This document shows positions 1 through 9,903 of a DNA stretch of 64,000 nt, one piece after another (the stretch's first letter is position 1; each line of letters starts with the position of its first letter). Source of the stretch: an uncultured archaeon (GTDB lineage Archaea; Iainarchaeota; Iainarchaeia; Iainarchaeales; 1-14-0-10-31-34); the NCBI GenBank assembly GCA_964608675.1, contig CAZSOZ010000002.1, positions 64,001 through 128,000 of the forward strand, in the 5' to 3' direction. The notes under the pieces are model-generated. The model did no database searches. It was given only the letters and a program-made list of their open reading frames with translations, and was not told the DNA's origin. The translations under genes and the position numbers were made by a program.

Positions 1-1
1 G

Positions 2-286
2 TACTTGACTTTTGACTGCATTATTAAATCAGAGCATAAAGCAGATTTTATTTATCCTGTTGTTTCTGCTGCATCAATTATTGCAAAAGTTGAAAGGGAT
101 TCCGAAATAAAAAAGCTTGCAGAAAAATACGGAAAAATTGGTTCAGGTTATAGCCATGACGAAATAACTGTGAAGTTTTTAAAGGAATGGATTGAATGCA
201 ATTCCTGTTTGCCTGAATTCGCAAGAACTTCTTGGAATACTTCAAGAAAAGCTTTGGATAAAAAATTTCAAAAAAAGTTGTTTTGA
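2..286 (+). CDS. rnhB: Ribonuclease HII, C-terminal part (gene begins before the window)
   Basis: KADFIYPVVSAASIIAKVERD and IGSGY motifs of RNase HII. Confidence 0.93.
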   Translation, partial: YLTFDCIIKSEHKADFIYPVVSAASIIAKVERDSEIKKLAEKYGKIGSGYSHDEITVKFLKEWIECNSCLPEFARTSWNTSRKALDKKFQKKLF

Positions 287-373
287 AAAATGAAATGTAT
301 AAAAAGTTTATCTGATGAAATTAAGTTTAAAAAACTAATTTCTGATTAATAAATTAAAGAGAGTTGTTTTTTT

Positions 374-841
374 ATGCAGAACAAAAAAAAGAAAAAAAAC
401 CCAATTAAGTTTTCTGTGGACATAAATAAAGTTGAAGAAATGGTAGACAACTTAATGGATTCAATGATTGAAAAAGTCCCAAAAGAAAAGAAACCATTTC
501 TTATAGGATTTACTTTGAATTTTGATTCAGAGGATCTTCCTGTAATAGAAGAACTAAAAGAATTAGACGAAGAAAATTTTGATGAAAATTTTGTTTCAGC
601 AAATCCTTCAGAGCCTTTGGCTGAAGTTAATTATTTTAAAAAAGAAGTGGTTGCTTCTTTTGAACTCCCCAAAAAAATAAGGAAAAATGAACTGCAGGTT
701 AAAGTAAAAAAAAACTGTATTTCAGTTAAATCCCGCAAACACAATTTTTTCAAAAAAGTTTTATTAAAACATAAAATTAATCCGAAAAAATTTTCTTCTA
801 ATTTAAATAATTCTTTTCTTGAATTAACTTTCAAAAAATAA
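374..841 (+). CDS. Archaeal small heat-shock (Hsp20/alpha-crystallin-like) protein, divergent
   Basis: PFLIGFTLNF N-terminal motif, EPLAEV...FELP and C-terminal NNSFLELTFKK match the archaeal Hsp20 layout. Confidence 0.7.
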   Translation: MQNKKKKKNPIKFSVDINKVEEMVDNLMDSMIEKVPKEKKPFLIGFTLNFDSEDLPVIEELKELDEENFDENFVSANPSEPLAEVNYFKKEVVASFELPKKIRKNELQVKVKKNCISVKSRKHNFFKKVLLKHKINPKKFSSNLNNSFLELTFKK

Positions 842-1597
842 TTATTTCTGAACTGATTCAAAATCAGGGTTTTTCTTTAATTTTATTGCATCCTCTCCGA
901 AATACTGCAAAAATTTTTTTGTTGTTTTGATAACATAAGTTATTCCTGCTTTTTCTCTTGAAATAAAGCCATGGTCTCCCAGAATTTTTATTTCATCATA
1001 AGCTTTGTTTGTACGGTATTTGATTACAGTTGACTGTTTTACCGGTTGCTTGAATGCAATATAAGCCAGAGTTTTCATTACTCCTTTGGAGAACCTTGCG
1101 GGACCTGCTAAATGAGAAACTTTTACTTCCAGTTCAGGCAAAACCTGCATTCTGTATCCTTCTGTTTCTCTAATTATTTCTATTCCACTTTTTCTTTCAA
1201 TCAAGTCTTTTCTTAGTGCTTCAATTAATTCTGAAATCAAGCCTAAGTCAGGGGTTTCACAGATTTTTGTTATTTCTTTTAATGTAATTGGCTGGGGGGA
1301 CATAAACAAAACTGCTTCCACTAACTGCCTTAATTTTTCAATTCTTTTTTCTTCAGCAAAATAATCTTTTTCTTTTTTTTCAGGTTTCTTTTCTTCTTGT
1401 TCTTGATTTTCTTGTTCTTCTTGTTTTTCCTTTTCTTCAGTTTTTTCTTTTTCCTGTTCTGTTTCTTCTTTTTCTTTTGTTTCTTTTATTTCATTTATTT
1501 CTTTTTCTGTTGGTTCTGGTTCAAGGGTTTTGTTTACTGGAGGATTTAATCCTTTATTTAAATCCTGATTCAAATCTTTGTTTAATTTATTTTCCAT
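842..1597 (-). CDS. scpB: SMC segregation/condensation protein ScpB with acidic N-terminal extension
   Basis: VEAVLFMSPQPIT, TLAYIAFKQPVKQ and TTKKFLQYFG motifs. Confidence 0.93.
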   Translation of the reverse strand: MENKLNKDLNQDLNKGLNPPVNKTLEPEPTEKEINEIKETKEKEETEQEKEKTEEKEKQEEQENQEQEEKKPEKKEKDYFAEEKRIEKLRQLVEAVLFMSPQPITLKEITKICETPDLGLISELIEALRKDLIERKSGIEIIRETEGYRMQVLPELEVKVSHLAGPARFSKGVMKTLAYIAFKQPVKQSTVIKYRTNKAYDEIKILGDHGFISREKAGITYVIKTTKKFLQYFGEDAIKLKKNPDFESVQK

Positions 1598-1658
1598 TTA
1601 ACCACTTAAAAAGAATTCTGTCAAAAAGAATTAAATCCGAAAAATATTTAATTAAAAG

Positions 1659-2039
1659 TTAATTTTTGTGTTTTTCTTTGTATTCTCTGACAGCTTTTTT
1701 TATTGCTTTCACTGCAAGAAGCGAGCAATGCATTTTGATTGGAGGAAGCCCATCTAATTCTTCTGCAACTTCTTTTTCTGTTAATGTTAATGCTTTTTCC
1801 AAGGTTTTTCCTTTAACCATTTCTGTTGCTTTGGATGAAGTTGCTATCGCACTTACACAGCCGAATGTTTCAACTTTAATGTCTTTGATTTTATTGTTTT
1901 CTATTTTTAAGTAAACTTTCATTAAGTCTCCGCAGACAGGATTTCCTTCTTCTGCTATTGCATCTGCATTGTCAATTTTTCCCAGGTTTTTTGGTTTCTT
2001 GAATTCTTCCATTACTTTTTTTGAATACATTTTTTTCAC
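1659..2039 (-). CDS. iscU: Fe-S cluster scaffold IscU/NifU
   Basis: GNPVCGD, FGCVSAIATSS and LPPIKMHCS (three conserved Cys). Confidence 0.96.
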   Translation of the reverse strand: MKKMYSKKVMEEFKKPKNLGKIDNADAIAEEGNPVCGDLMKVYLKIENNKIKDIKVETFGCVSAIATSSKATEMVKGKTLEKALTLTEKEVAEELDGLPPIKMHCSLLAVKAIKKAVREYKEKHKN

Positions 2040-2052
2040 CTTTTTATTTTTT

Positions 2053-3186
2053 TTATTTAACAGGGCTTATTTTTCTCAGATGTTCTACGGTTTCAGGAAT
2101 TTTTTTTACTGCAAAATCTGCGTCTTTTTCTGTATTGTTTTTTCCTAAAGAAATCCTTAACGAACCATGCGCCCACACATGACTTAATCCTATTGCTTCA
2201 AGAACATGGCTTATTTTTAGATTTTTGCTTGAGCAAGCTGAACCTGTTGAAGCTTGAATGCCTTCAAAATCCAGCATTGTAATTAATGCTTCTCCTTCTA
2301 TTCCATAAAAAGAAAAATTAATGTTGTTGGAAAGTCTTTTTGTTTGACGCCCGTTTAATTTTGATTTATTTATTTCTAAAAGAGATTTAATTATTTTGTT
2401 TCTTAGTTTTTCCTGTCTTTTCATTTCTTCTTCCCTTGATTTTTCTGCTAGTTCGAATGCTTTTGATAATCCAATTATTCCCGGAATGTTTTCTGTTCCG
2501 CTTCTTTTTTTTCTTTCCTGTCCTCCTCCGTGAATTAACGGCTCTAAAACAATCCCTTCTCTTATAAATAAAATTCCTGTTCCTTTGGGTCCGTAAAATT
2601 TGTGTCCAGAAAAGGAAGCTAAATCAAGATTCATTTTATTTAAATTAATTTTTATTTTTCCTGCTGTTTGAACCATATCTGAATGAAACAAAAAATCGTT
2701 TTTTTCTTTTATTTCACTTATTTTTTTTAGGGGCTGGATTGTTCCTATTTCGTTGTTTGCATGCATTACTGAAACCAGAGAATTTTTGTCTGAAACTTTT
2801 TTTAGTTCATTTAAGTCAATTGTTCCTGTTTTGTCAACTGAATTAAAGTAAACTTCTTTTCCTTTTGTTTTCAGGAATTCTGCTGTTCTTAACACAGAAG
2901 GATGCTCTATTTTTGATACAATCAATTTTTTTTTGTCAGTTCCTTTTAAGGCTGTATTGTTTGATTCTGTTCCGCTTGAAGTAAAATAAATTTCTTTGGG
3001 TTTACAGCCCAAAATTTTTGCAGTTTTTTTTCTTGCTTTTTCAAGTTCCTCTAAAGCTTCTTTTCCCATTGAATGCAAAGAAGAAGAATTAGCGTAAATT
3101 TTTTTTTGAATTTTGTTCATTTCCTCTAATGCTTTTTTGTCAATCTGAGTGGTTGAAGCATTGTCAAAATAAATTCTTTTATTCAC
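2053..3186 (-). CDS. iscS: Cysteine desulfurase IscS/NifS
   Basis: IYFDNASTT, SGHKFYGPKG (PLP Lys) and STGSACSS. GTG start at 3186 is likely, overlapping the upstream stop. Confidence 0.96.
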   Translation of the reverse strand: MNKRIYFDNASTTQIDKKALEEMNKIQKKIYANSSSLHSMGKEALEELEKARKKTAKILGCKPKEIYFTSSGTESNNTALKGTDKKKLIVSKIEHPSVLRTAEFLKTKGKEVYFNSVDKTGTIDLNELKKVSDKNSLVSVMHANNEIGTIQPLKKISEIKEKNDFLFHSDMVQTAGKIKINLNKMNLDLASFSGHKFYGPKGTGILFIREGIVLEPLIHGGGQERKKRSGTENIPGIIGLSKAFELAEKSREEEMKRQEKLRNKIIKSLLEINKSKLNGRQTKRLSNNINFSFYGIEGEALITMLDFEGIQASTGSACSSKNLKISHVLEAIGLSHVWAHGSLRISLGKNNTEKDADFAVKKIPETVEHLRKISPVK

Positions 3187-3499
3187 AGCAAACACCTTTT
3201 TTTCTTATTTTTTTGCATATTTCGCATGATTTTTTAATAAAATATTTTTTGTTTTTTTTTCTGTCAAACAAAAAATCTCCCATTTCATGAATCTGCTGTT
3301 TTTCTTTTTTGTTTAGTTTTATTCCTGTGCCTCTTTTTCCTTGAATGTATTGAGTTAATGCTGCAGGAGTTAAATCAAGAACTTTGCAGACTTTTTTTCT
3401 GGGAATTTTTTTTTCTTTAACCAAATAAACCGTTAATTCTCTTCTAATGGAAGGCAGAACAATCCATCCAATCATTTCACAAGGAAACTTAACAGCCAT
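3179..3499 (-). CDS. Archaeal HTH transcriptional regulator (COG2522-like) with a Cys-rich C-terminus
   Basis: FPCE...VLPSIRREL, HTH LDLTPAALTQYIQGKRG, then CEIC...CC. Confidence 0.82.
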   Translation of the reverse strand: MAVKFPCEMIGWIVLPSIRRELTVYLVKEKKIPRKKVCKVLDLTPAALTQYIQGKRGTGIKLNKKEKQQIHEMGDFLFDRKKNKKYFIKKSCEICKKIRKKGVCCE

Positions 3500-3534
3500 A
3501 TTTAACAATTGTTAAAAAAGGTTTATAAAGATTT

Positions 3535-4983
3535 TTATGCTGCTGTCTGGTGAATTATTACATCTTGTCCTTTTTTTTCTCTTATTACTTCAAGTTTGGT
3601 TTGTTCGTTTATTTCTTCTGAAAAAGTTTTGTCTCCACCTATTATTTTATTCATTAAAACGCATGCAGTTAAGTCTCCTGTAACGTTTACTGCTGTTCTG
3701 CACATGTCAAGTATTCTGTCTACTCCTAAAATTAATGCTATTCCTGCCACTGGAATTCCAAATGAACCTAAAATTACTGCTAAAATTATTACTCCTACTC
3801 CGGGTGTTGCAGGCGAACCAATTGATGCTCCTACAATTGTCACAATCAAAAACAGCAAGGCAGTTAAAGCTAAATCTATTCCGAATACTTGTGCAATAAA
3901 GACTGTTGCTATTGCCTGATATAAGGCGGTTCCATCCATGTTTATTGTTGCTCCAATTGGAATAATGAATTGGGTTATTGAAGGCCTTACTTTTAGTTTT
4001 TCTTCTGCGGTTTTAATTGACAAGGGCATTACTGCTGCAGAACTTGAAGTCGAAAAAGCTAAAAGCTGTACATCTCTTATTGCAGAAAAAAAGTTTTTAG
4101 GGTTTATTCCGCCTATTACAAAAACTATTGCAGTATAAAAAATTAACAGAATAATTAATCCAAGTATTACGGTTGCAACATATACTGTTGTTCCTGTTAA
4201 TGCTTCTATTCCTAATTGTGTTGTTAGTCTTGCCATTAAACCGAACACTGCAAAGGGTGCGATTACCATTGCCCATTTAACTACTGTCATGCATACATCT
4301 TGAAGAGAACCAAGCAAATCAAGCAGGGGATGAGCTTTTTTTGGATCCATGTTAACTAAAGCTATTCCGAATATAAGAGAAAAAATAACTATTTGAAGCA
4401 TTTCTGTGTTTGTTATTGCTCCAAAAGGGTTTGTGGGAAAAATTCCTCCAATCATTTTTGGAACATCCACTAACCCTGGAGTTTCAAATTCTTGTTCTAT
4501 TTTAATTGAATCTGTTTGAAAACTTGCTTGAATTAAGTCTTCGCTTATATATGCGCCGGGCTGAATTACTGTTGCCAGAAAAACTCCTATAGTTATTGCA
4601 ATTGTTGTAGTAAACAAAAAGTATACGGCAATTGACAAACCGGTTTTTTTTAGTTTCTGCATGCTTTCGCTTGAAGCAATTCCCCTTATAATTGAAGCAA
4701 AAATCAAGGGAATCACTATCATTTGAATTACTCTTATGAAAATTGTTCCCGGCAATGCAAGCCATTCACTTATTACTGTTGCGGTTTCCTGATTAATCAG
4801 CCCTGCGGTCGGCCCCAAAAAAATTCCTGTGATTATTCCCAAAAACATTCCAGCAAGAACTTTCAGCCATAACCTGCTTTCAACTAACTCAATTAATTTG
4901 TGGCTTAAATGTTTTAGAGAACGGGGTTTAATGAATTCAATAGGGTCTTTTTCTTCGTTTTTCTTTGTTTTTTCTTTTGCCAT
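3535..4983 (-). CDS. Dicarboxylate/amino acid:cation symporter (DAACS, GltP/GltPh family)
   Basis: AFSTSSSAAVMP, GATINMDGTALY and DRILDMCRTAVNVTGD signatures. Confidence 0.95.
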   Translation of the reverse strand: MAKEKTKKNEEKDPIEFIKPRSLKHLSHKLIELVESRLWLKVLAGMFLGIITGIFLGPTAGLINQETATVISEWLALPGTIFIRVIQMIVIPLIFASIIRGIASSESMQKLKKTGLSIAVYFLFTTTIAITIGVFLATVIQPGAYISEDLIQASFQTDSIKIEQEFETPGLVDVPKMIGGIFPTNPFGAITNTEMLQIVIFSLIFGIALVNMDPKKAHPLLDLLGSLQDVCMTVVKWAMVIAPFAVFGLMARLTTQLGIEALTGTTVYVATVILGLIILLIFYTAIVFVIGGINPKNFFSAIRDVQLLAFSTSSSAAVMPLSIKTAEEKLKVRPSITQFIIPIGATINMDGTALYQAIATVFIAQVFGIDLALTALLFLIVTIVGASIGSPATPGVGVIILAVILGSFGIPVAGIALILGVDRILDMCRTAVNVTGDLTACVLMNKIIGGDKTFSEEINEQTKLEVIREKKGQDVIIHQTAA

Positions 4984-5066
4984 TCAATAAAAAACGCTTT
5001 AATTATTTATTAATTTAACGACTTGAATCTTTTTTTTTTAATTCACGCAATTCTATTTTTTTTTCT

Positions 5067-5768
5067 TTAAAGAGATTGTTTTGTTTGGTTTTCAGTAATT
5101 GAAATAAAAATTTCGCCGAACCAGTCTTCCTGCCATAAATTGATTTTGTTTTCGTCCTGCAGGAACAGCAGGGGAATAAAAGTTTCAATTAAATGAGTGC
5201 TGGACTGTTCTTCAATTAAATGAGAAAACAATACAAGCCCTTGTGAATCAGCTTTTTTTTGTATTCTTGAAAAAACTTTTTCTTTTTTTTCGTCAATGTT
5301 TTCTTCTGCTATCGGTACCTGAAATTTTAGTTCAGGCATTTCTCTTAATTTTAATTTCTTTTTTTTGGTTTGGTCAACGATGTTTTCTATTGCTCCTACT
5401 AATTCATCCAAAGAAATTTTTCCTTCTCTTAAAGTTCTTACTTCTTTTAATTCAGGAATATATTCTTCTATTATTTTGTTCATTCCGTTTTGTGTTTCCT
5501 CTTCTTCTTCCAAGGAAGGAATTTTCAAAAGTTTTGATTTTGCTCTCAATAAAATAGCTGAAGCAAGAATTGCGTTTGCAGGAACCCTTAAATCTGTCTG
5601 CTCCATTGAATTAATTTTTTTCAGGTATTTTTCTGATAATTCAATTACATCAATATTCCAGGGATCCATTTTCTCTGAATTAACTAAATCCAGCAAAATA
5701 GTTTTCCATTCAGGCACATCAATTAATGAAATCAAATTAGTGTCGCCAAATTTAATGGATTCATGCAT
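5067..5768 (-). CDS. scpA: Segregation/condensation protein ScpA (kleisin)
   Basis: MDPWNIDVIELSEKYL, ILASAILLRAKS and FIPLLFL...LWQEDWFGEIFI. Confidence 0.92.
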   Translation of the reverse strand: MHESIKFGDTNLISLIDVPEWKTILLDLVNSEKMDPWNIDVIELSEKYLKKINSMEQTDLRVPANAILASAILLRAKSKLLKIPSLEEEEETQNGMNKIIEEYIPELKEVRTLREGKISLDELVGAIENIVDQTKKKKLKLREMPELKFQVPIAEENIDEKKEKVFSRIQKKADSQGLVLFSHLIEEQSSTHLIETFIPLLFLQDENKINLWQEDWFGEIFISITENQTKQSL

Positions 5769-5845
5769 TATATCAATACGGCTTAAAAGTATTTTATTTT
5801 TTGCTTTTTTTCTGTTTTTTTTGGGTTTCTTCTGTCTGTTTTAAT

Positions 5846-6163
5846 TCATGTTCTTCTAGTTAAAAAAGTTTTTTTCGTTTTCTGTTTTTTTTTGTAGGGT
5901 TGTTCAGGGTTTTCAATTAAAACATTTTTTCCTGCAGATCTTTTTCGTTTTTCTAAATCCCTGTAAACAGGACTGCCTTTTATTTCTTTTTTTCCTTTTT
6001 TCATTAACCTGATTCTTTCTTCAGCCAAAAAATAACCTGTTCTTCGGTCTTTTTCTCGTGTTTCAGGCTGAATTCTTTTTTTCTTTAAGTTTGGTTTTGC
6101 TTTTTTTTCATCTTGTTTTTCATTTTTTTTATTAATGAAAGTATTTTTTTCATTTAACCACAA
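5846..6163 (-). CDS. Basic orphan protein, possibly frameshifted near its 5' end
   Basis: K/R-rich ORF with a TTG start. The better start context (GTGGTTAAATG, ATG at 6153) is out of frame. Confidence 0.45.
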   Translation of the reverse strand: MWLNEKNTFINKKNEKQDEKKAKPNLKKKRIQPETREKDRRTGYFLAEERIRLMKKGKKEIKGSPVYRDLEKRKRSAGKNVLIENPEQPYKKKQKTKKTFLTRRT

Positions 6164-6235
6164 ACTTTTTTCTAACCGAAATTATTATTAATAGTTAAAC
6201 TATATTTATTACAAAGAAAAAACAGTTTTTTTTAG

Positions 6236-6958
6236 GTGATTGAATTGAAGAGAGTTCCATTAGGAATTGAAGGATTAGATGAATTAATTCAGGGAGGAGT
6301 TCCAAAAGGTTCTTCTATTTTAATTTCAGGAGGAGCAGGAACAGGAAAAACAATTTTTGCAACCCAATTTTTGTATAACGGAGCAACAAAGTACAATGAA
6401 GCAGGATTATATGTTACTTTGGAAACCAATTTAAAAAATATTACTTGGGACATGGAAAACTTTCGATGGGACATAAAAAAATTACAGGAAAAAGAATTAT
6501 TCAAGATTTACAAATTAAATTTAGCTGAAAAAGACTCTGAAAACATTGAAGAAGAAGTTTTAGAGGAATTAAATATTATTTCTGAATACATTGAAAAAGT
6601 TGGAGCCACAAGACTGGTGGTTGATTCAACTACTTCTCTTGCAATGTGGATTAGAGGAAGCGCAGCAATGAGAAAAACTTTGTTTCAGTTTACTGATGGA
6701 TTAAAAAAACTTGATTGCACTACTTTATTGACTTCTGAAACAAAAGGAGACAAAAGCACAATCAGTGCATTCGGAGTAGAAGAATTTGTTGTTGACGGAG
6801 TAATGGTTTTGTATTTGCATCCTCCTCATAGAACAATTTTTGTAAGAAAAATGAGGGGCACCAGCCAGTCAATGTCTCCTCATCCCTTTGAAATCACAGA
6901 AAACGGTATTGTTGTAAGAAGCAAAGAAGAAGTTCCATGGGAAGGAATCAAATTATAA
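6236..6958 (+). CDS. KaiC/RAD55-like RecA-superfamily ATPase
   Basis: LGIEGLDELIQGG, Walker A GGAGTGKT, RLVVDS and VRKMRGT. Confidence 0.93.
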   Translation: MIELKRVPLGIEGLDELIQGGVPKGSSILISGGAGTGKTIFATQFLYNGATKYNEAGLYVTLETNLKNITWDMENFRWDIKKLQEKELFKIYKLNLAEKDSENIEEEVLEELNIISEYIEKVGATRLVVDSTTSLAMWIRGSAAMRKTLFQFTDGLKKLDCTTLLTSETKGDKSTISAFGVEEFVVDGVMVLYLHPPHRTIFVRKMRGTSQSMSPHPFEITENGIVVRSKEEVPWEGIKL

Positions 6959-7023
6959 TTGATTGCCTTTTGCTCTTTTCTTCCTTTTTTATTCTTTTTC
7001 TTTTATATTTTTTTTTGATTTAA

Positions 7024-7629
7024 ATGAAAATAATTATTGGAGTAGATCATTTAGATAAATTTATTCCAGAAGTTTTAACTGAAGTTGAAAAGCAATCAAA
7101 AAAACTGAAAAAGAAAAGATTAAGAATAGGAATTGAATCAACTGAAAAAACAATCAAAGAACAATCTTTTTGGCTTAAATTATCTCTTAATCTTAAAGGA
7201 AAATCAGATATTGTTTTTCTTGACAGCATAACAGGCGCAAAAGTAGCTGATAGAGCAATGAAAACATTACAAACTTTGGGGACTGAACTTTCTCCGCAAA
7301 CATTAGAAAGATGCATGAAAGAACTTTATGTTGGAACAGAATTAAGAGACAAATCAATGATTAATAAAATTAGAAAACAAAAACCAGACATAATTATTGT
7401 GGGGGGAATTCATGCGTACAGTATTGGAAAAAAATTAAAAATTAAGCCAGTTTATGTTGGGAGCAATGCAAAAAAAACAAGGGAAATTGTAATGATTCTT
7501 AGAGAATTTTATGCTCCGTTTAAGAGAATTAGAAATAGAGAAAAATGGAAAAGATTTCATAAAAGAACTGAAAAAGAAAATCTAAGGCTGATGGAATACA
7601 ATGCCAAGAAAAATAAAAGAAAGCTTTAA
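7024..7629 (+). CDS. Hypothetical protein with a basic C-terminus
   Basis: 201-aa ORF with IIIGVDH...DIIIVGGIHA (weakly TraB/GumN-like spacing). No confident family. Confidence 0.6.
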   Translation: MKIIIGVDHLDKFIPEVLTEVEKQSKKLKKKRLRIGIESTEKTIKEQSFWLKLSLNLKGKSDIVFLDSITGAKVADRAMKTLQTLGTELSPQTLERCMKELYVGTELRDKSMINKIRKQKPDIIIVGGIHAYSIGKKLKIKPVYVGSNAKKTREIVMILREFYAPFKRIRNREKWKRFHKRTEKENLRLMEYNAKKNKRKL

Positions 7630-7660
7630 ATGAGATTCAAACTTATTAATACTGATTTAA

Positions 7661-8587
7661 ATGAAAGTTTTGGTTACAGGCGGAGCAGGTTTTATTGGAA
7701 GTAATACAGTTGATTTTCTTGTTAAAAACGGTTTTCAGGTTAATGTTCTTGATGATTTATCTTCAGGCTTCAAAGAATTAATTAATCCTCAGGCAAAATT
7801 TTTTCAGGGAAGTTTTGGCGACAAAAAAATCCTTAAAAAATCTTTAAATGAAGTTGAAGCAGTAATTCATTTTGCTTCTTTTATTTATCCTGAAGAATCA
7901 ATTCGTTTTCCTGAAAAATACTATAAAAATAATATTGCAAATTCTGTTGTTTTGCTGGAAGAAATGCGCAAAAAAAAAGTCAATAAAATGATTTTTTCTT
8001 CAAGCTGTTCTGTTTACGGTGAACCAAAACAAATTCCTGTTCCAGAAACAAATCCTTTGAATCCAATTACTCCTTACGGTGAAACAAAAAAAGCTTTTGA
8101 AAAAATTCTTGAATTATATTTTCATTCTTTTGGAATCAAAAGCATTTCTTTGCGTTATTTTAATCCTTTTGGTCCAAATGAACTGCATCAGCCGGAAATT
8201 CATGCAATTCCTAATTTTATTAAGGCAGTTCTTGAAGAAAAACCAATTCATGTTTTTGGAGATGGAAAACAGGTAAGGGATTTCTTTTTTGTTGAAGATT
8301 TAGTTAAAGCTCATGTTCTTGCCTTAAAAAAAATAAATCAAATAAATTTTGATGTATTTAATGCTGGCTCTGGTTTTGGGCATTCAGTTAATGAAGCCAT
8401 TAAAGAAATTTTTTCTTTAACAAAAAAAGAAACTAAAATACTTTTTTTGGAAAAAAGAGAAGGCGATCCAGTAAAACTTACTGCTGACATAACAAAAATA
8501 AAGAAAAAGCTTGGGTGGAAACCTGAAACAGATTTTAGAACAGCATTAAAAAAAACCATTGATTTTTTTGTTTTACAAAATAAATAG
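7661..8587 (+). CDS. galE: UDP-glucose 4-epimerase (extended SDR)
   Basis: VTGGAGFIGS, FSSSCSVYG, YGETK (YxxxK) and LRYFNPFG. Confidence 0.88.
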   Translation: MKVLVTGGAGFIGSNTVDFLVKNGFQVNVLDDLSSGFKELINPQAKFFQGSFGDKKILKKSLNEVEAVIHFASFIYPEESIRFPEKYYKNNIANSVVLLEEMRKKKVNKMIFSSSCSVYGEPKQIPVPETNPLNPITPYGETKKAFEKILELYFHSFGIKSISLRYFNPFGPNELHQPEIHAIPNFIKAVLEEKPIHVFGDGKQVRDFFFVEDLVKAHVLALKKINQINFDVFNAGSGFGHSVNEAIKEIFSLTKKETKILFLEKREGDPVKLTADITKIKKKLGWKPETDFRTALKKTIDFFVLQNK

Positions 8588-8652
8588 CCTTAAAAAAAGA
8601 AAACATGACTTATTATTAAGATTTTTTCTTTTAGAAAAAAAGGGGTGAATTA

Positions 8653-9903
8653 ATGAATAAATTTAATGCAGTTTTAATTGGATTGCTTTCTTTGATTTTA
8701 ATTTCTTCTTTTGTTTTAGCTGAATTAAATTCAGATGATTTATCTGAATCAGAGGACCTTGACATTAAAGAAGATGCAGAATTAGAGGAAGCAGAAGAAA
8801 AAACAATTCCTTTAGAAGAACTTAAAGACGAAAGAATTCTTTCAAATGGAAGAATAAAACCTTACATTCGAACACTGTTTTTTTCAGGCACAGGAATTGC
8901 TTCAAGTCCTGTTGATGCACTTGACTTTTATACAGTTAAAGTGGCAGGAGGAAAAGTTGTTTTATCTGATGGAAACATTATTGGAAGAGGCACTCTTGTT
9001 TTGGATGACCAAAAATTCAGGTTAGTTGATTTGGTTATTGAAGGAGACCATGCCAGAGCAAAAATTTTTTCTGTTAATGCAGACAACAGTACTTCTGATT
9101 TAAGTGAAGTTGGAAACCTTGATTTAACTAAAGTTGCAAAGCCTTCTGTTGACGTTTGGGCAGGAAAAATGGTTTTCAAAGAAAAAAACTATAATTTTTA
9201 TTTAATTAACCATAAAAGAGAATTTAAAGCAGAAGAAGTTGCAGAGAAAGCAAGAAATTACTGCAGAGACCACCCTTACGACGAAAAATGCAAGTCTGTT
9301 GCAGGATACTTGTGCAAGGAAAACAACGAGGAATGCAGATTAAAAGTTTATAAGTATTGTCAGGACCACAAAGATGATGCAAGATGCAAAGAATTAACTT
9401 TAAGGTATTGTGCAGGAAACTTGAAGGATGCAAGATGCAGAGAATTAAATGAATCTTATTGTAATGAAAACCCTGATTCTTCTTACTGCAATCATGAAGC
9501 AGTTGATTTTTGCAAAGAAAACCCTGATAATGAAAGATGCAGAAATGTTTTTGCAGAATACTGCAAAGAACACTCTAACGAATTAAGATGCAATGCAGAA
9601 GAACTTGCTTTTTGCAGAAAAAATCCTTTAAATGAAAAATGTGTTCCAATATTAAAGCAGTACTGTGAATTCAATCAAAAAGCTTTAGTGTGTGCAGACC
9701 TAAAAATTGATTACTGTAAAGAAAACCCTGATACATTAAGATGCAAAGCAACTGCAACAGCTTTATGTACTTTGCCTGAATACAAGGATTCAGAGAAATG
9801 CACTCAAATTATTTCTCAGGCAAAAGAAAGAGTCAGAGAAGCAGTCAGGAACGCAGAACAAATTGCAAACAAAATAAATTCTCAGGTTAATTCAGGTGAT
9901 TGA
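8653..9903 (+). CDS. Exported protein with a beta-rich domain followed by 11 tandem Cys-pair repeats
   Basis: Signal peptide ending VLA, acidic linker, and repeats of [YFL]C-x8-C (two with x6 or x10). Confidence 0.85.
   Translation: MNKFNAVLIGLLSLILISSFVLAELNSDDLSESEDLDIKEDAELEEAEEKTIPLEELKDERILSNGRIKPYIRTLFFSGTGIASSPVDALDFYTVKVAGGKVVLSDGNIIGRGTLVLDDQKFRLVDLVIEGDHARAKIFSVNADNSTSDLSEVGNLDLTKVAKPSVDVWAGKMVFKEKNYNFYLINHKREFKAEEVAEKARNYCRDHPYDEKCKSVAGYLCKENNEECRLKVYKYCQDHKDDARCKELTLRYCAGNLKDARCRELNESYCNENPDSSYCNHEAVDFCKENPDNERCRNVFAEYCKEHSNELRCNAEELAFCRKNPLNEKCVPILKQYCEFNQKALVCADLKIDYCKENPDTLRCKATATALCTLPEYKDSEKCTQIISQAKERVREAVRNAEQIANKINSQVNSGD
9259..9801 (+). repeat. Intragenic ~17-aa repeat x11, consensus YCxENPxxxRC
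   Basis: YCRDHPYDEKC, LCKENNEEC, YCQDHKDDARC, YCAGNLKDARC, YCNENPDSSYC, FCKENPDNERC, YCKEHSNELRC, FCRKNPLNEKC, YCEFNQKALVC, YCKENPDTLRC, LCTLPEYKDSEKC. Confidence 0.9.

Noticed and set aside
9259-9801. Multiheme cytochrome or ferredoxin
   Set aside because: No CxxCH or CxxCxxC motifs; Cys spacing is mostly x8 within pairs.
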